A stretch of 64,000 nucleotides of DNA from an uncultured Chitinophaga sp. GTDB taxonomy: Bacteria; Bacteroidota; Bacteroidia; NS11-12g; UBA955. A program made the position numbers and the translations under genes. The DNA is taken from NCBI GenBank assembly GCA_964438995.1, contig CAYTMQ010000011.1, positions 8,416-72,415 on the forward strand. The letters are read 5' to 3'. The notes under the pieces were generated by a model, which had not been told where the DNA came from, did no database searches, and saw nothing but the letters and a program-made list of their open reading frames with translations. This document shows, piece after piece, positions 41,301-50,231 of the stretch (its first letter is position 1; each line of letters starts with the position of its first letter).

Positions 41301-41920
41301 AATGGATTGGATGATGATTTATACTCAACTGTGGCACCGCCCGACTTCCATGATTTTGAACCACTCATATTCTTCATGGTATGGACAGTTGGGGTTGTAG
41401 TGTCTATTGTTGAATAGTAAAAGCCTTGAATATCGTTAGTGTATGGACTTCTTACATCTAAAGCTCCGTCATTTGGCACAATAGCAGAGTTGTAAAGTAA
41501 TGCAGGGAACTTCGAAGCACATACTAGCGCATGGTCAGATTTATAGCCAACAGCACCAATTGCTGAACTAAATTGAATTTCAGTATCGTTAATTGCTAAA
41601 ATAGTATCAGTCCATTCAACTGATGCAGCATTGCTAGTATTTAAACCAGTATAATCACGAATAAAAGCGCATGATTGACCAACTGCGAAGCCTTCATCAA
41701 TCCATGAACCTGATTGTCTTCTTAATACATTCCCATTAAGAACCTCAAATTGATTGGCTGTATCAGCAATTGAAATCAATGCAGCTTGAACGCGAATAAC
41801 GGCCTTTACTTTCTCTCCAATAGAACCTTTTAGATGTGTTCCAAAATCGCTTGTATTGGATGAGAATGAAGTACCATTACCCCACTCGGAGAAATATTTT
41901 CTAGTTAATACTTGTATCAT
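38375..41920 (-). CDS. Large tail tip protein (Tal-like, tail-associated), 1181 aa
   Basis: Its position (third gene after the tape measure protein) and size match siphovirus Tal/tip proteins. No enzymatic motif was identified by eye. Confidence 0.5.
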   Translation of the reverse strand: MIQVLTRKYFSEWGNGTSFSSNTSDFGTHLKGSIGEKVKAVIRVQAALISIADTANQFEVLNGNVLRRQSGSWIDEGFAVGQSCAFIRDYTGLNTSNAASVEWTDTILAINDTEIQFSSAIGAVGYKSDHALVCASKFPALLYNSAIVPNDGALDVRSPYTNDIQGFYYSTIDTTTPTVHTMKNMSGSKSWKSGGATVEYKSSSNPLGIATNYVHEYEITQEFVISPVFLESYLNALNSGTSPEEFEGDKSVKHVCTFEFRSAMNNPNTTVRLQDEEMLGSVGWINENFNGFENIYSVTLSSYTDTETGDAVNRLQLGKKTKVSGYITGTGLTNTNQLGVYFWWGAPFSVYSSNKDSFQSTFLWDSLLATMSSGTISATGSERIKRVKFDYVDATRVNFEFDIEISSSEQEMINPDLLDVVSDKYFIGVQVGNNNATDTSNKVILQADWNQFVINNDVAGLVDFYNQRFYDHGMDISNGGYSDYKGWKQDGFNYACTLVLNKFLNANLHALKARLIAYNTVSGEEFSLQEYSFDLSNIVEIGTYQKLTLDVEREFRLASGDQFNSIYVNFKDPVGDYQEVELILSMKFDWQSWIKLPGADTIFYNTSLDSNGLGKDASRYEGNNYEIRLAIDADVKQLTEKLTKYVNYSPQLKVYGWDLDGNDPAEWSTLIQTFDIDDNDLGGAILKTGDTKLVITFTPQSGDSSGFTDEWVVHRLDKLLSSGYGIIELSSFRDKAKNSPLKPINGETYTKITNTGTEIITESLIDYTKISGNYNISARLSRTPSYPRYGIARDIKTLSESEVLLFNCPDNGVAVSNSLRLAEIVDGFIDNEVAISLSALYTYQNFKMVVSDVVTNGKPNFYAITYTGSATEVHEFIYNGSTYLQTRIYSANLGGGTYTCIRIDPEMGQVNGKPYFWIGNSQASIGGQRGFKHLYYNGASWTTLDWKCYDSGSPANSQCRYPIDVNFYGGNIYVMNLDLPPNSNQWEQGKIAVYSQTSGSVTTPADRANFANYTNSYNVYRNSGDTENQDGPGNDADLLAAVGFEILTIDDDSNPVFLVVHDVSLGTDGARHISRVYSTVASPNSSDDWTIQTPMIATNLLYGGVEKLNGKAGLGFSSSPLQRKNQCHAFVVGDNEFVLGHIKPYWVKFIINDWSGENNNDWFVFTPNDPTFNFTTGNILK

Positions 41921-42089
41921 TGAGTTTCTTAATTGTGGCCATTATTTTATCCATATCTGCATCAGCAATTGACTTTTCAATGTTGTCAATTTCATTCAAT
42001 ATCAATTCTCTGTTTGGACTAGATAAACTTTTTGCGCTTTTTCTAGTTTCATCGAGTTGTGTTTTTATCATTTTTGCAAAATCTTCCAT
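41901..42089 (-). CDS. Small hypothetical phage protein (62 aa)
   Basis: ORF between the Dit-like and Tal-like genes. It overlaps the Tal start by 20 nt and could alternatively be a misplaced start region. Confidence 0.25.
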   Translation of the reverse strand: MEDFAKMIKTQLDETRKSAKSLSSPNRELILNEIDNIEKSIADADMDKIMATIKKLNDTSIN

Positions 42090-43867
42090 TAGTTCTCTAT
42101 GATTGTTTCAGTAAAATTATCAGTGTATTTTTCGAATATCTTATACGATACAATCGCATAGTCATCACTCATTTTCCAGTTAAGTTTTAAGAATTGGCCA
42201 TCTTTACCATCAGATGTTTTGAAGTAAGATGACTTATTGGTTTTCAAGTAATCCAAAAAGGAGAATGGTATTTTTACATTCTCATAAACTCTTGCTTGTG
42301 TATATTCTGGATTGGTTTTGAAGGACCTCCAATAATGGTAATTGTTGTAAAGTGCTTTAGCCGACATCAAATCTCTATGGTTTTGAGGTATCAATCCGTT
42401 TTGTAGCACAATCAATTTAGGTATATTGAAAGAGTTTTGAGATATGATCAATCGGCCTTTACCTTCATTGATTTTTTCAGCAAATGTTTTACCTCCAAAC
42501 AATTTAATTACCAAATCAACTAGAGAGGTTAAAACCTTTAAAGTTTGTTCAGCAACGCTTAAATTATTTCTTCTATTACCAAGCGACATTGGTATTCTTA
42601 CCTCTTCAAAATTCTTCAGCAAATCAAATTGAGGGTCTTCTTCAAGTCTGTTAGCAACTCTAGTGATTACCTCATAACTAACACCTCGCTCATATCTATC
42701 TTTCTCTTCATCCTTTTTCTTTGAATCAAATGGAGTATTTCTTGCATTTGGCATTGTGTACTCATCAGATGGATCATATTGAAACGTCAGCAAGAAATTT
42801 GCTTTCATTTCATTAGTATTTAAAGTGTATTCTTCTGCAAGTACATCTGGTAGAACAAATGTGCTTAAATCTCTGATATTCTTTTCCGCTTTGATTATCA
42901 GTTTTTTTGCGCCTAAATCATTTGTTTGCATCACTGGTTTCGCTCTAAATAACTTTAGAACCAATTCAAACATTTCAGATACTTGATATCCGTAATCAGA
43001 TGAATTTGGAATGCCCTCATCTTTGCGATTCTTTCTTATTTTATCATCAACTTTTGACGGCAAGTAAACGCAATAATCAAGCTCTGGGATATCAGATTCT
43101 AGTGGAATATTGTAGTAATCCAATGCTCTTTCAAGTGCTGTTCTTAATTTAATACCCTTGTAAATTGTTGGTTTTGGGAATAAATTGTCAAATAATGTTT
43201 TAGTCAATCTTATAATTGCCACAAGCATTGCAGCATAGTAGGCAATGATTAACAGAGAATAAGCCAACATCTTAAAAAATTCAGCAGGCTTTTGAAGTGG
43301 AGCTGACAATGCAGTTACTATTGCATCTATTTTCTTTTGAGTAAATGTTTTAGAGAATTCAGTTACTTGTTGAGTTATTAGAAAAATTGAAATAGCTGCC
43401 ATTGCAGTTTCAGTGGTATCAAATTTCTTTCTAATGACAACTGGAACATCTGTATAATGCTCTTGGTCAATAAATCCTTTTGGACCACTTTGTTCTGCTA
43501 AAAATCCATAAGAAATTGCTTTAAGTTGTGAATCAATTAAATCTAATCCCTCATCAGGTTTGATTTTAACAGCAATCTCTACTGGACTGATTACTCTTAA
43601 TCCATCACATAAATCAAGTTTACAATTCCATATCTTATATTCACCTTTTGATGAAATGCCTATTGTGAACAATATCGCTTGGAATGGACCATATAATTCA
43701 ATGAAATCAAAAATGATTTTTGCTTCACGATTTACGAAAACAAACTCATCAACATCTAATTCTGGTTGAACATCATTACCAAATGAGGATTCAAATTTAA
43801 TGTCCATCCAGTTTTTAGGAGGGTCACATTGAATGCGATTTAATTCAAAGTATAATTCGTACTTCAT
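42089..43867 (-). CDS. Distal tail protein (Dit-like), 592 aa
   Basis: Immediately downstream of the tape measure gene with a 4-nt overlap, the canonical Dit position. Confidence 0.45.
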   Translation of the reverse strand: MKYELYFELNRIQCDPPKNWMDIKFESSFGNDVQPELDVDEFVFVNREAKIIFDFIELYGPFQAILFTIGISSKGEYKIWNCKLDLCDGLRVISPVEIAVKIKPDEGLDLIDSQLKAISYGFLAEQSGPKGFIDQEHYTDVPVVIRKKFDTTETAMAAISIFLITQQVTEFSKTFTQKKIDAIVTALSAPLQKPAEFFKMLAYSLLIIAYYAAMLVAIIRLTKTLFDNLFPKPTIYKGIKLRTALERALDYYNIPLESDIPELDYCVYLPSKVDDKIRKNRKDEGIPNSSDYGYQVSEMFELVLKLFRAKPVMQTNDLGAKKLIIKAEKNIRDLSTFVLPDVLAEEYTLNTNEMKANFLLTFQYDPSDEYTMPNARNTPFDSKKKDEEKDRYERGVSYEVITRVANRLEEDPQFDLLKNFEEVRIPMSLGNRRNNLSVAEQTLKVLTSLVDLVIKLFGGKTFAEKINEGKGRLIISQNSFNIPKLIVLQNGLIPQNHRDLMSAKALYNNYHYWRSFKTNPEYTQARVYENVKIPFSFLDYLKTNKSSYFKTSDGKDGQFLKLNWKMSDDYAIVSYKIFEKYTDNFTETIIEN

Positions 43868-46215
43868 AGAATCCTCCGTTTAGTTGTTTCCTTTTTAAAT
43901 TTCGTTTCACTAATGATGCTAACTAATTTGGTTACCTCGTCCACTTGAAAATCTTTAACTGGTCTGTTCTCGATAACGTTCTTTAAATCTTTGATTTCGT
44001 TCTTAACATCATCAAGTTTTTTGACTTGTCTGTCATCATCGTAATGCATAACCATTGGTAAATTAGGTGCAATTGATTTGCTTCCTAAAATTGCAAGGTC
44101 GATTAATTGTTCGTTCGTTACATTGCCTATTTCGTCTGCTATTTTTCTGTTGCCTTTTGGATTTACGATTCTTTCGTCACCATCTACTCTAACAATATAT
44201 CCATCCTTGCCGGGCAAATGTGGTTTACCAAGTGATTCAGCTACATTTTCAGTACCTTCAATAAAACCTGGAATAGCAGCTAATGCAGAAGATAAAACTG
44301 TTATGTCTTTTAACGTTGTACTTAAAGCAGTTTGAGGGTTCTTTTCTACATTTGATGAGTAGGCTTTCAAACCTGCAAACAATAATTCTTGACGTTTTTG
44401 AGATTTCAAGGCTCTTAATCTTTTAGATTCAAGTTCGGCTTGTCTTCTCTCTTCGAATGCAAGTGATTTACCTGCATCAAGTGAACCTCTTACCGCTAAC
44501 TGCCTTAATTCATCTTGTCTGCGCTTACTTTGGTCAATTTCAACATCAATTCTCTTTTGCCTTGCTTGTTGTTCGTTTTTGGCAAGTTTGTCTAGAGTAG
44601 AGATGCTGTCATTGATGCGTTTGGTGTTTTCTTTTTTTCTATCCTCATCCTCTTTTAGTCTATCCTTTTTGCCCATTTCAACCAAAGCCTTGCGCATTTT
44701 TTTATATGATTCAGTAGCATCGACATATTGAGATTTGTTGTTCTCTTCAGCTTGCTTCATATTTTCCTTAATCAACTCCATTTTGAGTTGCCAGTATTTT
44801 TTCTCGGCTTCATCAAGTAGTTTTAATTCATCTTCAAGCAGTTTCAATCTTCTGTCTCTGGCCTTCTTGTCTCTTTCTTCATTCTCTTTTTGTCGATTTA
44901 ACTCAAATTGTTGTTGAGAAAGTACCTTTTCTTGAGATAGTTGATTTAATTTATCTTTTGCTGCTTCTCTGGCATTGTAGACATTTTTTTCAGCCTGGAT
45001 AGCGTTATTAACTGCAGTTTTTAGATTCTCATCATCCTTGTTTTTATTAAATTCATTTTCAAGGGTCATTCTACGAGACAATGCTTCACCTAATTGATTT
45101 TCTAATGCATCAAGTTGATCTTGTGACTTAACAATTGCATTATCTCTCTGCTGCTGCTCGAAATCAAATATCTCTTTTGCAGATGCACCACGTTTTTTCA
45201 TGGCAATTATGTAAGCCTTTGTAGTAAAATCTAATGAATTGATTTGCTCTTTATTCAATTGGGTAATGTTTTCAATGGTTATATCCAATTGCTTTGCAAA
45301 TTCCTCTTGTGCATCGGCTGCCTTTTTTGTAGCATCTTCATATCCAATCAAACCTTTAATACCTTCGTATATTTCTTTCGAAAACACTGTCAGTAAAGTG
45401 ATACCAATGCTTAAAGCAGTTTGCCAACTAACAATACCACTAACCAATTGTCTCCATGCAGGGACAGTTTGTTCGCCTTGTGCCTTTAGTTCTTTGTTGG
45501 CTTTTATCAGGTTATTGTACTGATCTACTAACATTGGGATATTGTTAGAGATAGCCATAAATCCAGTTTGAACTGAATTTGTGAATGCAGGAAGCTCCCT
45601 AGTTACTTGATTAATGGAATTTTGAAGTCCACTAAACCCACTTGCATAGTTTCCAACACTTCTTTGATGTTGCCCTGCTGCTGCATCAATCTTTTTCAAG
45701 GTAGCATCCAACTGATCTAACTCTTTTTTTAGATTTTTTGCTTCAACAGTGTTTTCTTTATTGACAATCGCTAGGTCTTTCCAAGTATTTCTCAACTTGA
45801 TTAGTCTTAACGATGCCTTTTCGTATTCACTTGATGTAATTGATTGTTCTTTGGCTTGTTTTTTATTCTCTGCATTAACTCTTTCAATCTCTAATCTCAA
45901 TCTTGACAATTCTTGAGATTCTAAAGAGATAGATTCAGTCAATTTAGCTTCTGCTAACTTAATATCCTTGAGTGTTTTTTGCCTTAAATCAAGAACTTTA
46001 TTGGCTTCTTCATAGGCTCTTGTAGATTTTCGAATGTTTTCGCTTGAATCTGCAGTAGTAGAAGATAATGTAACCTTTAAGTCTTTTGCTAGGCGCACAA
46101 CTTGGGCATCAACGTCAATTAGGACCTTGTATAATGCAAGAAATTCATCGGTTAGAGGTTTGACCGCCCCCGATTCTGCAATATCACTCTGTTTTATTAT
46201 ATCGTTATCAGCCAT
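43864..46215 (-). CDS. Tail tape measure protein
   Basis: 783 aa, highly charged E/K/Q/L coiled-coil over most of its length with a hydrophobic segment (ALSIGITLLTVF) in the N-terminal third (~res 270). Located after the chaperone pair. Confidence 0.7.
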   Translation of the reverse strand: MADNDIIKQSDIAESGAVKPLTDEFLALYKVLIDVDAQVVRLAKDLKVTLSSTTADSSENIRKSTRAYEEANKVLDLRQKTLKDIKLAEAKLTESISLESQELSRLRLEIERVNAENKKQAKEQSITSSEYEKASLRLIKLRNTWKDLAIVNKENTVEAKNLKKELDQLDATLKKIDAAAGQHQRSVGNYASGFSGLQNSINQVTRELPAFTNSVQTGFMAISNNIPMLVDQYNNLIKANKELKAQGEQTVPAWRQLVSGIVSWQTALSIGITLLTVFSKEIYEGIKGLIGYEDATKKAADAQEEFAKQLDITIENITQLNKEQINSLDFTTKAYIIAMKKRGASAKEIFDFEQQQRDNAIVKSQDQLDALENQLGEALSRRMTLENEFNKNKDDENLKTAVNNAIQAEKNVYNAREAAKDKLNQLSQEKVLSQQQFELNRQKENEERDKKARDRRLKLLEDELKLLDEAEKKYWQLKMELIKENMKQAEENNKSQYVDATESYKKMRKALVEMGKKDRLKEDEDRKKENTKRINDSISTLDKLAKNEQQARQKRIDVEIDQSKRRQDELRQLAVRGSLDAGKSLAFEERRQAELESKRLRALKSQKRQELLFAGLKAYSSNVEKNPQTALSTTLKDITVLSSALAAIPGFIEGTENVAESLGKPHLPGKDGYIVRVDGDERIVNPKGNRKIADEIGNVTNEQLIDLAILGSKSIAPNLPMVMHYDDDRQVKKLDDVKNEIKDLKNVIENRPVKDFQVDEVTKLVSIISETKFKKETTKRRIL

Positions 46216-46771
46216 TTATGTATGAATAAAATTCAAGGACAGTCACTTCTTTTGGATTGATTCTGTATCCTTGAGATTTTGATATTTTCGCAATTATTTT
46301 GTTGTATTCAGTTTGTTTTAGTTCTCCTTTTTTCTCTAGTTTTTTCAGTTCTATTTCTAAATGTGTAAGATTTATTGATGATGATTCTATTGCACATTCC
46401 AATTTTAAAAATGCAATGCGTTTAGTCATGTTCAGAAAGTCCAAGTATTCTTTATTTAGGCCAATGCGCTCTATAAACTCATCATATATCATGTCATAGA
46501 TGATAACTATTACCCTATCCTCTAAAAATGCGTAGACTATGCCTAATAATGAGAAAACTACCCCTAACCATACATTGACATAAAACATAGGTATTAAGGA
46601 TAGATAATAAATTGCTGCTATAGCTAATCTATTCCTGGTCAATTGTTTCTTATCATTAGTTCTATGAAGTTCAAACCAATTACCAATTGGCAAGGTTGAA
46701 ATACTCATATAGTATTTAAGACTTAATATACTTTTTAAGATTCGATATGAGCTTTGTTTTAACTTCATCAA
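46208..46771 (-). CDS. Membrane protein encoded between the tail chaperone and TMP. Either a moron (HK97 gp15-like superinfection exclusion candidate) or the +1-frame T extension of a G/GT chaperone pair.
   Basis: Two clear TM helices (LAIAAIYYLSLIPMFYVNVWLGVVFSLLGIVYAFL). Overlaps the upstream ORF by 56 nt in the +1 frame. An alternative start MSIS at 46708 avoids the overlap. Confidence 0.4.
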   Translation of the reverse strand: MMKLKQSSYRILKSILSLKYYMSISTLPIGNWFELHRTNDKKQLTRNRLAIAAIYYLSLIPMFYVNVWLGVVFSLLGIVYAFLEDRVIVIIYDMIYDEFIERIGLNKEYLDFLNMTKRIAFLKLECAIESSSINLTHLEIELKKLEKKGELKQTEYNKIIAKISKSQGYRINPKEVTVLEFYSYING

Positions 46772-47183
46772 TTAACCATTGTGTGTTTTGTCTATTTAAT
46801 CCGATTACATGACCGCCCCATTCAGTGTTGATGTCTTTACCATCTTTAATTGGATTGGCAACAATCATGATGTAATCCGCTCCAATTGGTGCAACTACTT
46901 TAAATGAATCGTAGAATGCTCCAGTTTGCTTTAGAGTTACTCTATCATAAGGAAGTCCATTAGGTATTTTGTAAAATTCAATCGTGTAGAATGAATAATC
47001 TCCTCCGACATCACTTAACCTTCTACCTAATTTATCTTCGCCTTTTTCAAATAACTGATCTTGAGTATTGAGATAGATAATTTGCTCTTGAATCTCCGTA
47101 CTACGCAATATGTCCTGAATCATCTCTGATTGGTTAATCTTTGACAATCGCAGGACCTTATTGCGCAATCGGGTAAGTGGCAT
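46716..47183 (-). CDS. Tail assembly chaperone candidate (G-like)
   Basis: 155 aa acidic protein directly upstream of TMP-region genes. Its start overlaps the preceding small ORF stop (TAATG). Confidence 0.4.
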   Translation of the reverse strand: MPLTRLRNKVLRLSKINQSEMIQDILRSTEIQEQIIYLNTQDQLFEKGEDKLGRRLSDVGGDYSFYTIEFYKIPNGLPYDRVTLKQTGAFYDSFKVVAPIGADYIMIVANPIKDGKDINTEWGGHVIGLNRQNTQWLIDEVKTKLISNLKKYIKS

Positions 47184-47353
47184 TACTGCTTCTTGCTCTT
47201 TTTAGAACCTTCAGCAGCGCCCACTTCTTTTTCAATGGACTCCCAAAGTGTTTTTAGGTCCCCATTGAATTTGCCTTTCATGGCTTCAAAGAATTTATCT
47301 TTGCCCATTTTATAGGCTTCGTGTGCGTTTCCGCTAAAATTACCTACTCTCAT
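47183..47353 (-). CDS. Small Lys-rich ORF (56 aa) not in the supplied track, between the major tail and chaperone genes
   Basis: Hand translation MRVGNFSGNAHEAYKMGKDKFFEAMKGKFNGDLKTLWESIEKEVGAAEGSKKSKKQ. Start 3 nt after the major-tail stop, stop overlapping the next ATG. Confidence 0.3.
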   Translation of the reverse strand: MRVGNFSGNAHEAYKMGKDKFFEAMKGKFNGDLKTLWESIEKEVGAAEGSKKSKKQ

Positions 47354-47355
47354 AC

Positions 47356-48294
47356 TTATTGTAGTACAATTTCAACATCAGCCCAAGTTGCATCATCGTA
47401 TGGTTTAGCTGCATCGGTTGAAGCTAATGACAAACGCAATTTATCTGTGTTGGTTTGAGCTGTGAATGTGAATGCATAAGTACCATCAGGACTTTCGGTA
47501 ACAGTTGAGATTGTTACTGCAGCAGAATCAGTCACATTATATAGAGAGAAGTCAGCAGCAACCAAGTTTTTAACTGGTAACATGTCAACTGCATCGCCAT
47601 AATCATGTGTGATTTTTACAGAGAAAGTAGTGGTTGATTTAGTCCCAACTTGCTCGATGTTAGCATCTAATTTACCCTTGAATTGAGTAAATAAATCAAT
47701 GCCAGTGATTTTAGAGTAAGGAATTATTGCTAATTCTTTGTCCTCTACATCTTGCGCCCACTGCATCATAATGATTGCCATTTGTGCTTCAGCATCATTT
47801 TGCAATGACAACATAGCATCAATAGTTTCTGGTGCAATAGCGATTGGGTGTAATTTTCCTGCTTCTTTTCTTACTCCTAAAATACCAATGGTAGTAAAGA
47901 AGTATGCTGCTTGTTTAGTACAACCTCTTGCGTTAATCTTACCAATGAAAGCAGCAGGAGCTAAAGGGTATTTAGCAGTGAAATCTCTGAATCCTTGACG
48001 GATTTTTACTTTTCTTCCTGATGCGAATGATTGATAAACAGTTTCGCCTTTTGGTGTTTCAACTTCTTCCAGGTCTTCCGGTAAAGGATAGATTCTGATT
48101 GAAGTATCTGTATTGTATTGAAGAGCATCAAAAAACGCTTTATTCAATGTAACAGTGGTATCGATGTAGTTTTCGGTACCATCATCTTTATAGCGATTAG
48201 TCAAATTTAATCGCAAAATTTTTCCTATTTGTGGTGGGCAGTTTACAGAACCTAAATTCCCTGCGTTAACACCACAAGTGCAATCGTTACTCAT
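47356..48294 (-). CDS. Major tail protein candidate with C-terminal Ig-like domain
   Basis: 312 aa. Position upstream of the chaperones. C-terminal beta-sandwich-like segment (SVKITHDYGDAV ... TFTFTAQ). Confidence 0.45.
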   Translation of the reverse strand: MSNDCTCGVNAGNLGSVNCPPQIGKILRLNLTNRYKDDGTENYIDTTVTLNKAFFDALQYNTDTSIRIYPLPEDLEEVETPKGETVYQSFASGRKVKIRQGFRDFTAKYPLAPAAFIGKINARGCTKQAAYFFTTIGILGVRKEAGKLHPIAIAPETIDAMLSLQNDAEAQMAIIMMQWAQDVEDKELAIIPYSKITGIDLFTQFKGKLDANIEQVGTKSTTTFSVKITHDYGDAVDMLPVKNLVAADFSLYNVTDSAAVTISTVTESPDGTYAFTFTAQTNTDKLRLSLASTDAAKPYDDATWADVEIVLQ

Positions 48295-49003
48295 TACAAT
48301 ATTGTTTAAAAATTCTTACTGAAAATCTTACTTCTACTCCTCCAGTTTTCTCATTCAAAATTTGATGTATTTTGCCTGCTTCTCCCTCTCTCCCAAAAAT
48401 TGCATGCCTGACAACTCTTTTATTGGTTACTTTACCGAATGTGCTGCGCATGTTCTGTATTTCTTCAAAAAAAGCATCCACTAACTCATCCATTGGTTGG
48501 ACCACTTTTGAATACCTATCAGGTGTCTCCCAATCATTATTGTTGATGTTATCAAGGAATAACACAACTAAATCGGGTTCTGATGCAATTGCACTCAATC
48601 TGTCCTCATTCTCAATGGCTGTAAATGGTTCTACTAACCAAACAAAAGGACAAATGGTGAATGAATTCTTATTTGTGCGCTTCTTTTGTGTTGAATATTG
48701 AGTTCCATTAATGTAATACGGAGCTGCAATACTCAAGGTTGTAGTTTCTGACAAATCATCTGTTGAAGTAACAGTTATCGAGGTATTGTAAACAACTGCA
48801 TCAACATCGTATTGAGTTGAACCAATTGTCACCTTTGTTGCAAGTGATTGTTGCGATTTTGGACGTGTCCACAAGGTTTTGTTTACATTGAACGTGTAAA
48901 CATTGCCAACTTGAGATACAGATTCAACATCAATATCTCTTGCCATCGCACTTACAACATCGGAGAATATGTCTACAATGTTTCTCAAAATGCACCTCCC
49001 CAA
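48287..49003 (-). CDS. Head-tail joining / tail completion protein candidate
   Basis: 238 aa. Its position between the capsid module and the major tail is the only support. Confidence 0.35.
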   Translation of the reverse strand: MGRCILRNIVDIFSDVVSAMARDIDVESVSQVGNVYTFNVNKTLWTRPKSQQSLATKVTIGSTQYDVDAVVYNTSITVTSTDDLSETTTLSIAAPYYINGTQYSTQKKRTNKNSFTICPFVWLVEPFTAIENEDRLSAIASEPDLVVLFLDNINNNDWETPDRYSKVVQPMDELVDAFFEEIQNMRSTFGKVTNKRVVRHAIFGREGEAGKIHQILNEKTGGVEVRFSVRIFKQYCNE

Positions 49004-49560
49004 TATGAAGTATCTTTGTCTATGCCTTTATATTCTGGGTAATCGGATAAATGATCTAAAATGTACCTTCTTATTACTTGAAAAGATTTGATTGCTCTGT
49101 TATAACGAGATTCTATCAGAGAGACATGTTTACCACCTGGTGCAGGGGTTGAGTTTTCATCATTATTAATAACGACACCAGTTTGAGATACTGATATGCC
49201 GTACTCGTTAACAAATTCAAAGTAAATAAAGCCTTTAAGCATTTCTTTGATGCCTTCAGAGAATGTAGGCTGAACTCTCTCATCTCGGTTATCATCGAAG
49301 CATCTAGATTTATGTGCTCCGTATGGAATCCATACCTCTTCAGCACCTTCAATATTCAACGCATTAAAAATGGTTTCGAATCTTGAAGATTGAGGTACAT
49401 TATTTTCTAAATCATCAATTAACAATTGATACAATTCATACCCAAGCAACTCCACAAGATACTGGCGCATGTATAACGTGATGTAATCCGTCAACTTTGC
49501 TTGGGTACTTGGGTCCTGCGCTATTGCGTAGTATCCTATGAAGTCGCTTGAAGTGATCAT
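48985..49560 (-). CDS. Head-tail connector/adaptor candidate
   Basis: 191 aa. Called on position alone. Confidence 0.35.
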   Translation of the reverse strand: MITSSDFIGYYAIAQDPSTQAKLTDYITLYMRQYLVELLGYELYQLLIDDLENNVPQSSRFETIFNALNIEGAEEVWIPYGAHKSRCFDDNRDERVQPTFSEGIKEMLKGFIYFEFVNEYGISVSQTGVVINNDENSTPAPGGKHVSLIESRYNRAIKSFQVIRRYILDHLSDYPEYKGIDKDTSYWGGAF

Positions 49561-49796
49561 TATTTTTTAGCAGGCTTAACTGGTTTACCTTCTTTTGTTT
49601 GAGGTGGCTCTACTACTTTTGTTTTAGCAGGCTTAACTGGTTCTACTGGTTCGATGGTGCGTTTTGTTACTTGCTGACCAACTTGAACGGCAACACCTAA
49701 ATTAATAAGCTCTCTACCTAATTGATGAGAAAATACCTTTTTGTCACCTTTTTTGTGAACTGCGTAGTCTTGAGTAAATTGAAGTTCGATTTTCAT
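49560..49796 (-). CDS. Small phage protein with Pro/Lys-rich C-terminal tail
   Basis: 78 aa. PVKPAKTKVVEPPQTKEGKPVKPAKK basic tail. Confidence 0.35.
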   Translation of the reverse strand: MKIELQFTQDYAVHKKGDKKVFSHQLGRELINLGVAVQVGQQVTKRTIEPVEPVKPAKTKVVEPPQTKEGKPVKPAKK

Positions 49797-49800
49797 GGGT

Positions 49801-50220
49801 TTAATCCTTTCTAATCATTTCTCCTGCGTTTATTTTAATTGCAGCCGTACCCCTGCCAACTACCTTTACCCTAAAATAGGATGTAGGTGCCGATGTAATG
49901 TACCAAATGTGTGTACTAGATGTAACATTAGACACATGAAAGGTATCATTAGAATTGATAGGTTCATAGTTAACTCCATCAAGAGAAAACTCAACAGTTG
50001 CCACGCCATTAGGAGTGCCAGAGATTTTAGTACAAACCAATTGGATAGCTAATTTATTAGCACCTGCTTCGAATCCATAAAGGTATTCAGTTTCAGTATT
50101 GGTTACAGTATCAAGAGTAACAGTACCATTGGTAACTGTTTTTAAGGTTTTATAACCTTGAGCAGAAGCGCCTACCATCATCCCGATGGTAAAAAGCGCC
50201 AAAAATATTAACTTTTTCAT
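49801..50220 (-). CDS. Small secreted protein (Sec signal peptide) encoded 11 bp after the capsid gene
   Basis: MKKLIFLALFTIGMMVGASAQ signal peptide followed by a ~115 aa T/V/N-rich beta domain. Unusual inside a head module. Confidence 0.45.
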   Translation of the reverse strand: MKKLIFLALFTIGMMVGASAQGYKTLKTVTNGTVTLDTVTNTETEYLYGFEAGANKLAIQLVCTKISGTPNGVATVEFSLDGVNYEPINSNDTFHVSNVTSSTHIWYITSAPTSYFRVKVVGRGTAAIKINAGEMIRKD

Positions 50221-50231
50221 TTTAGTGTTGA

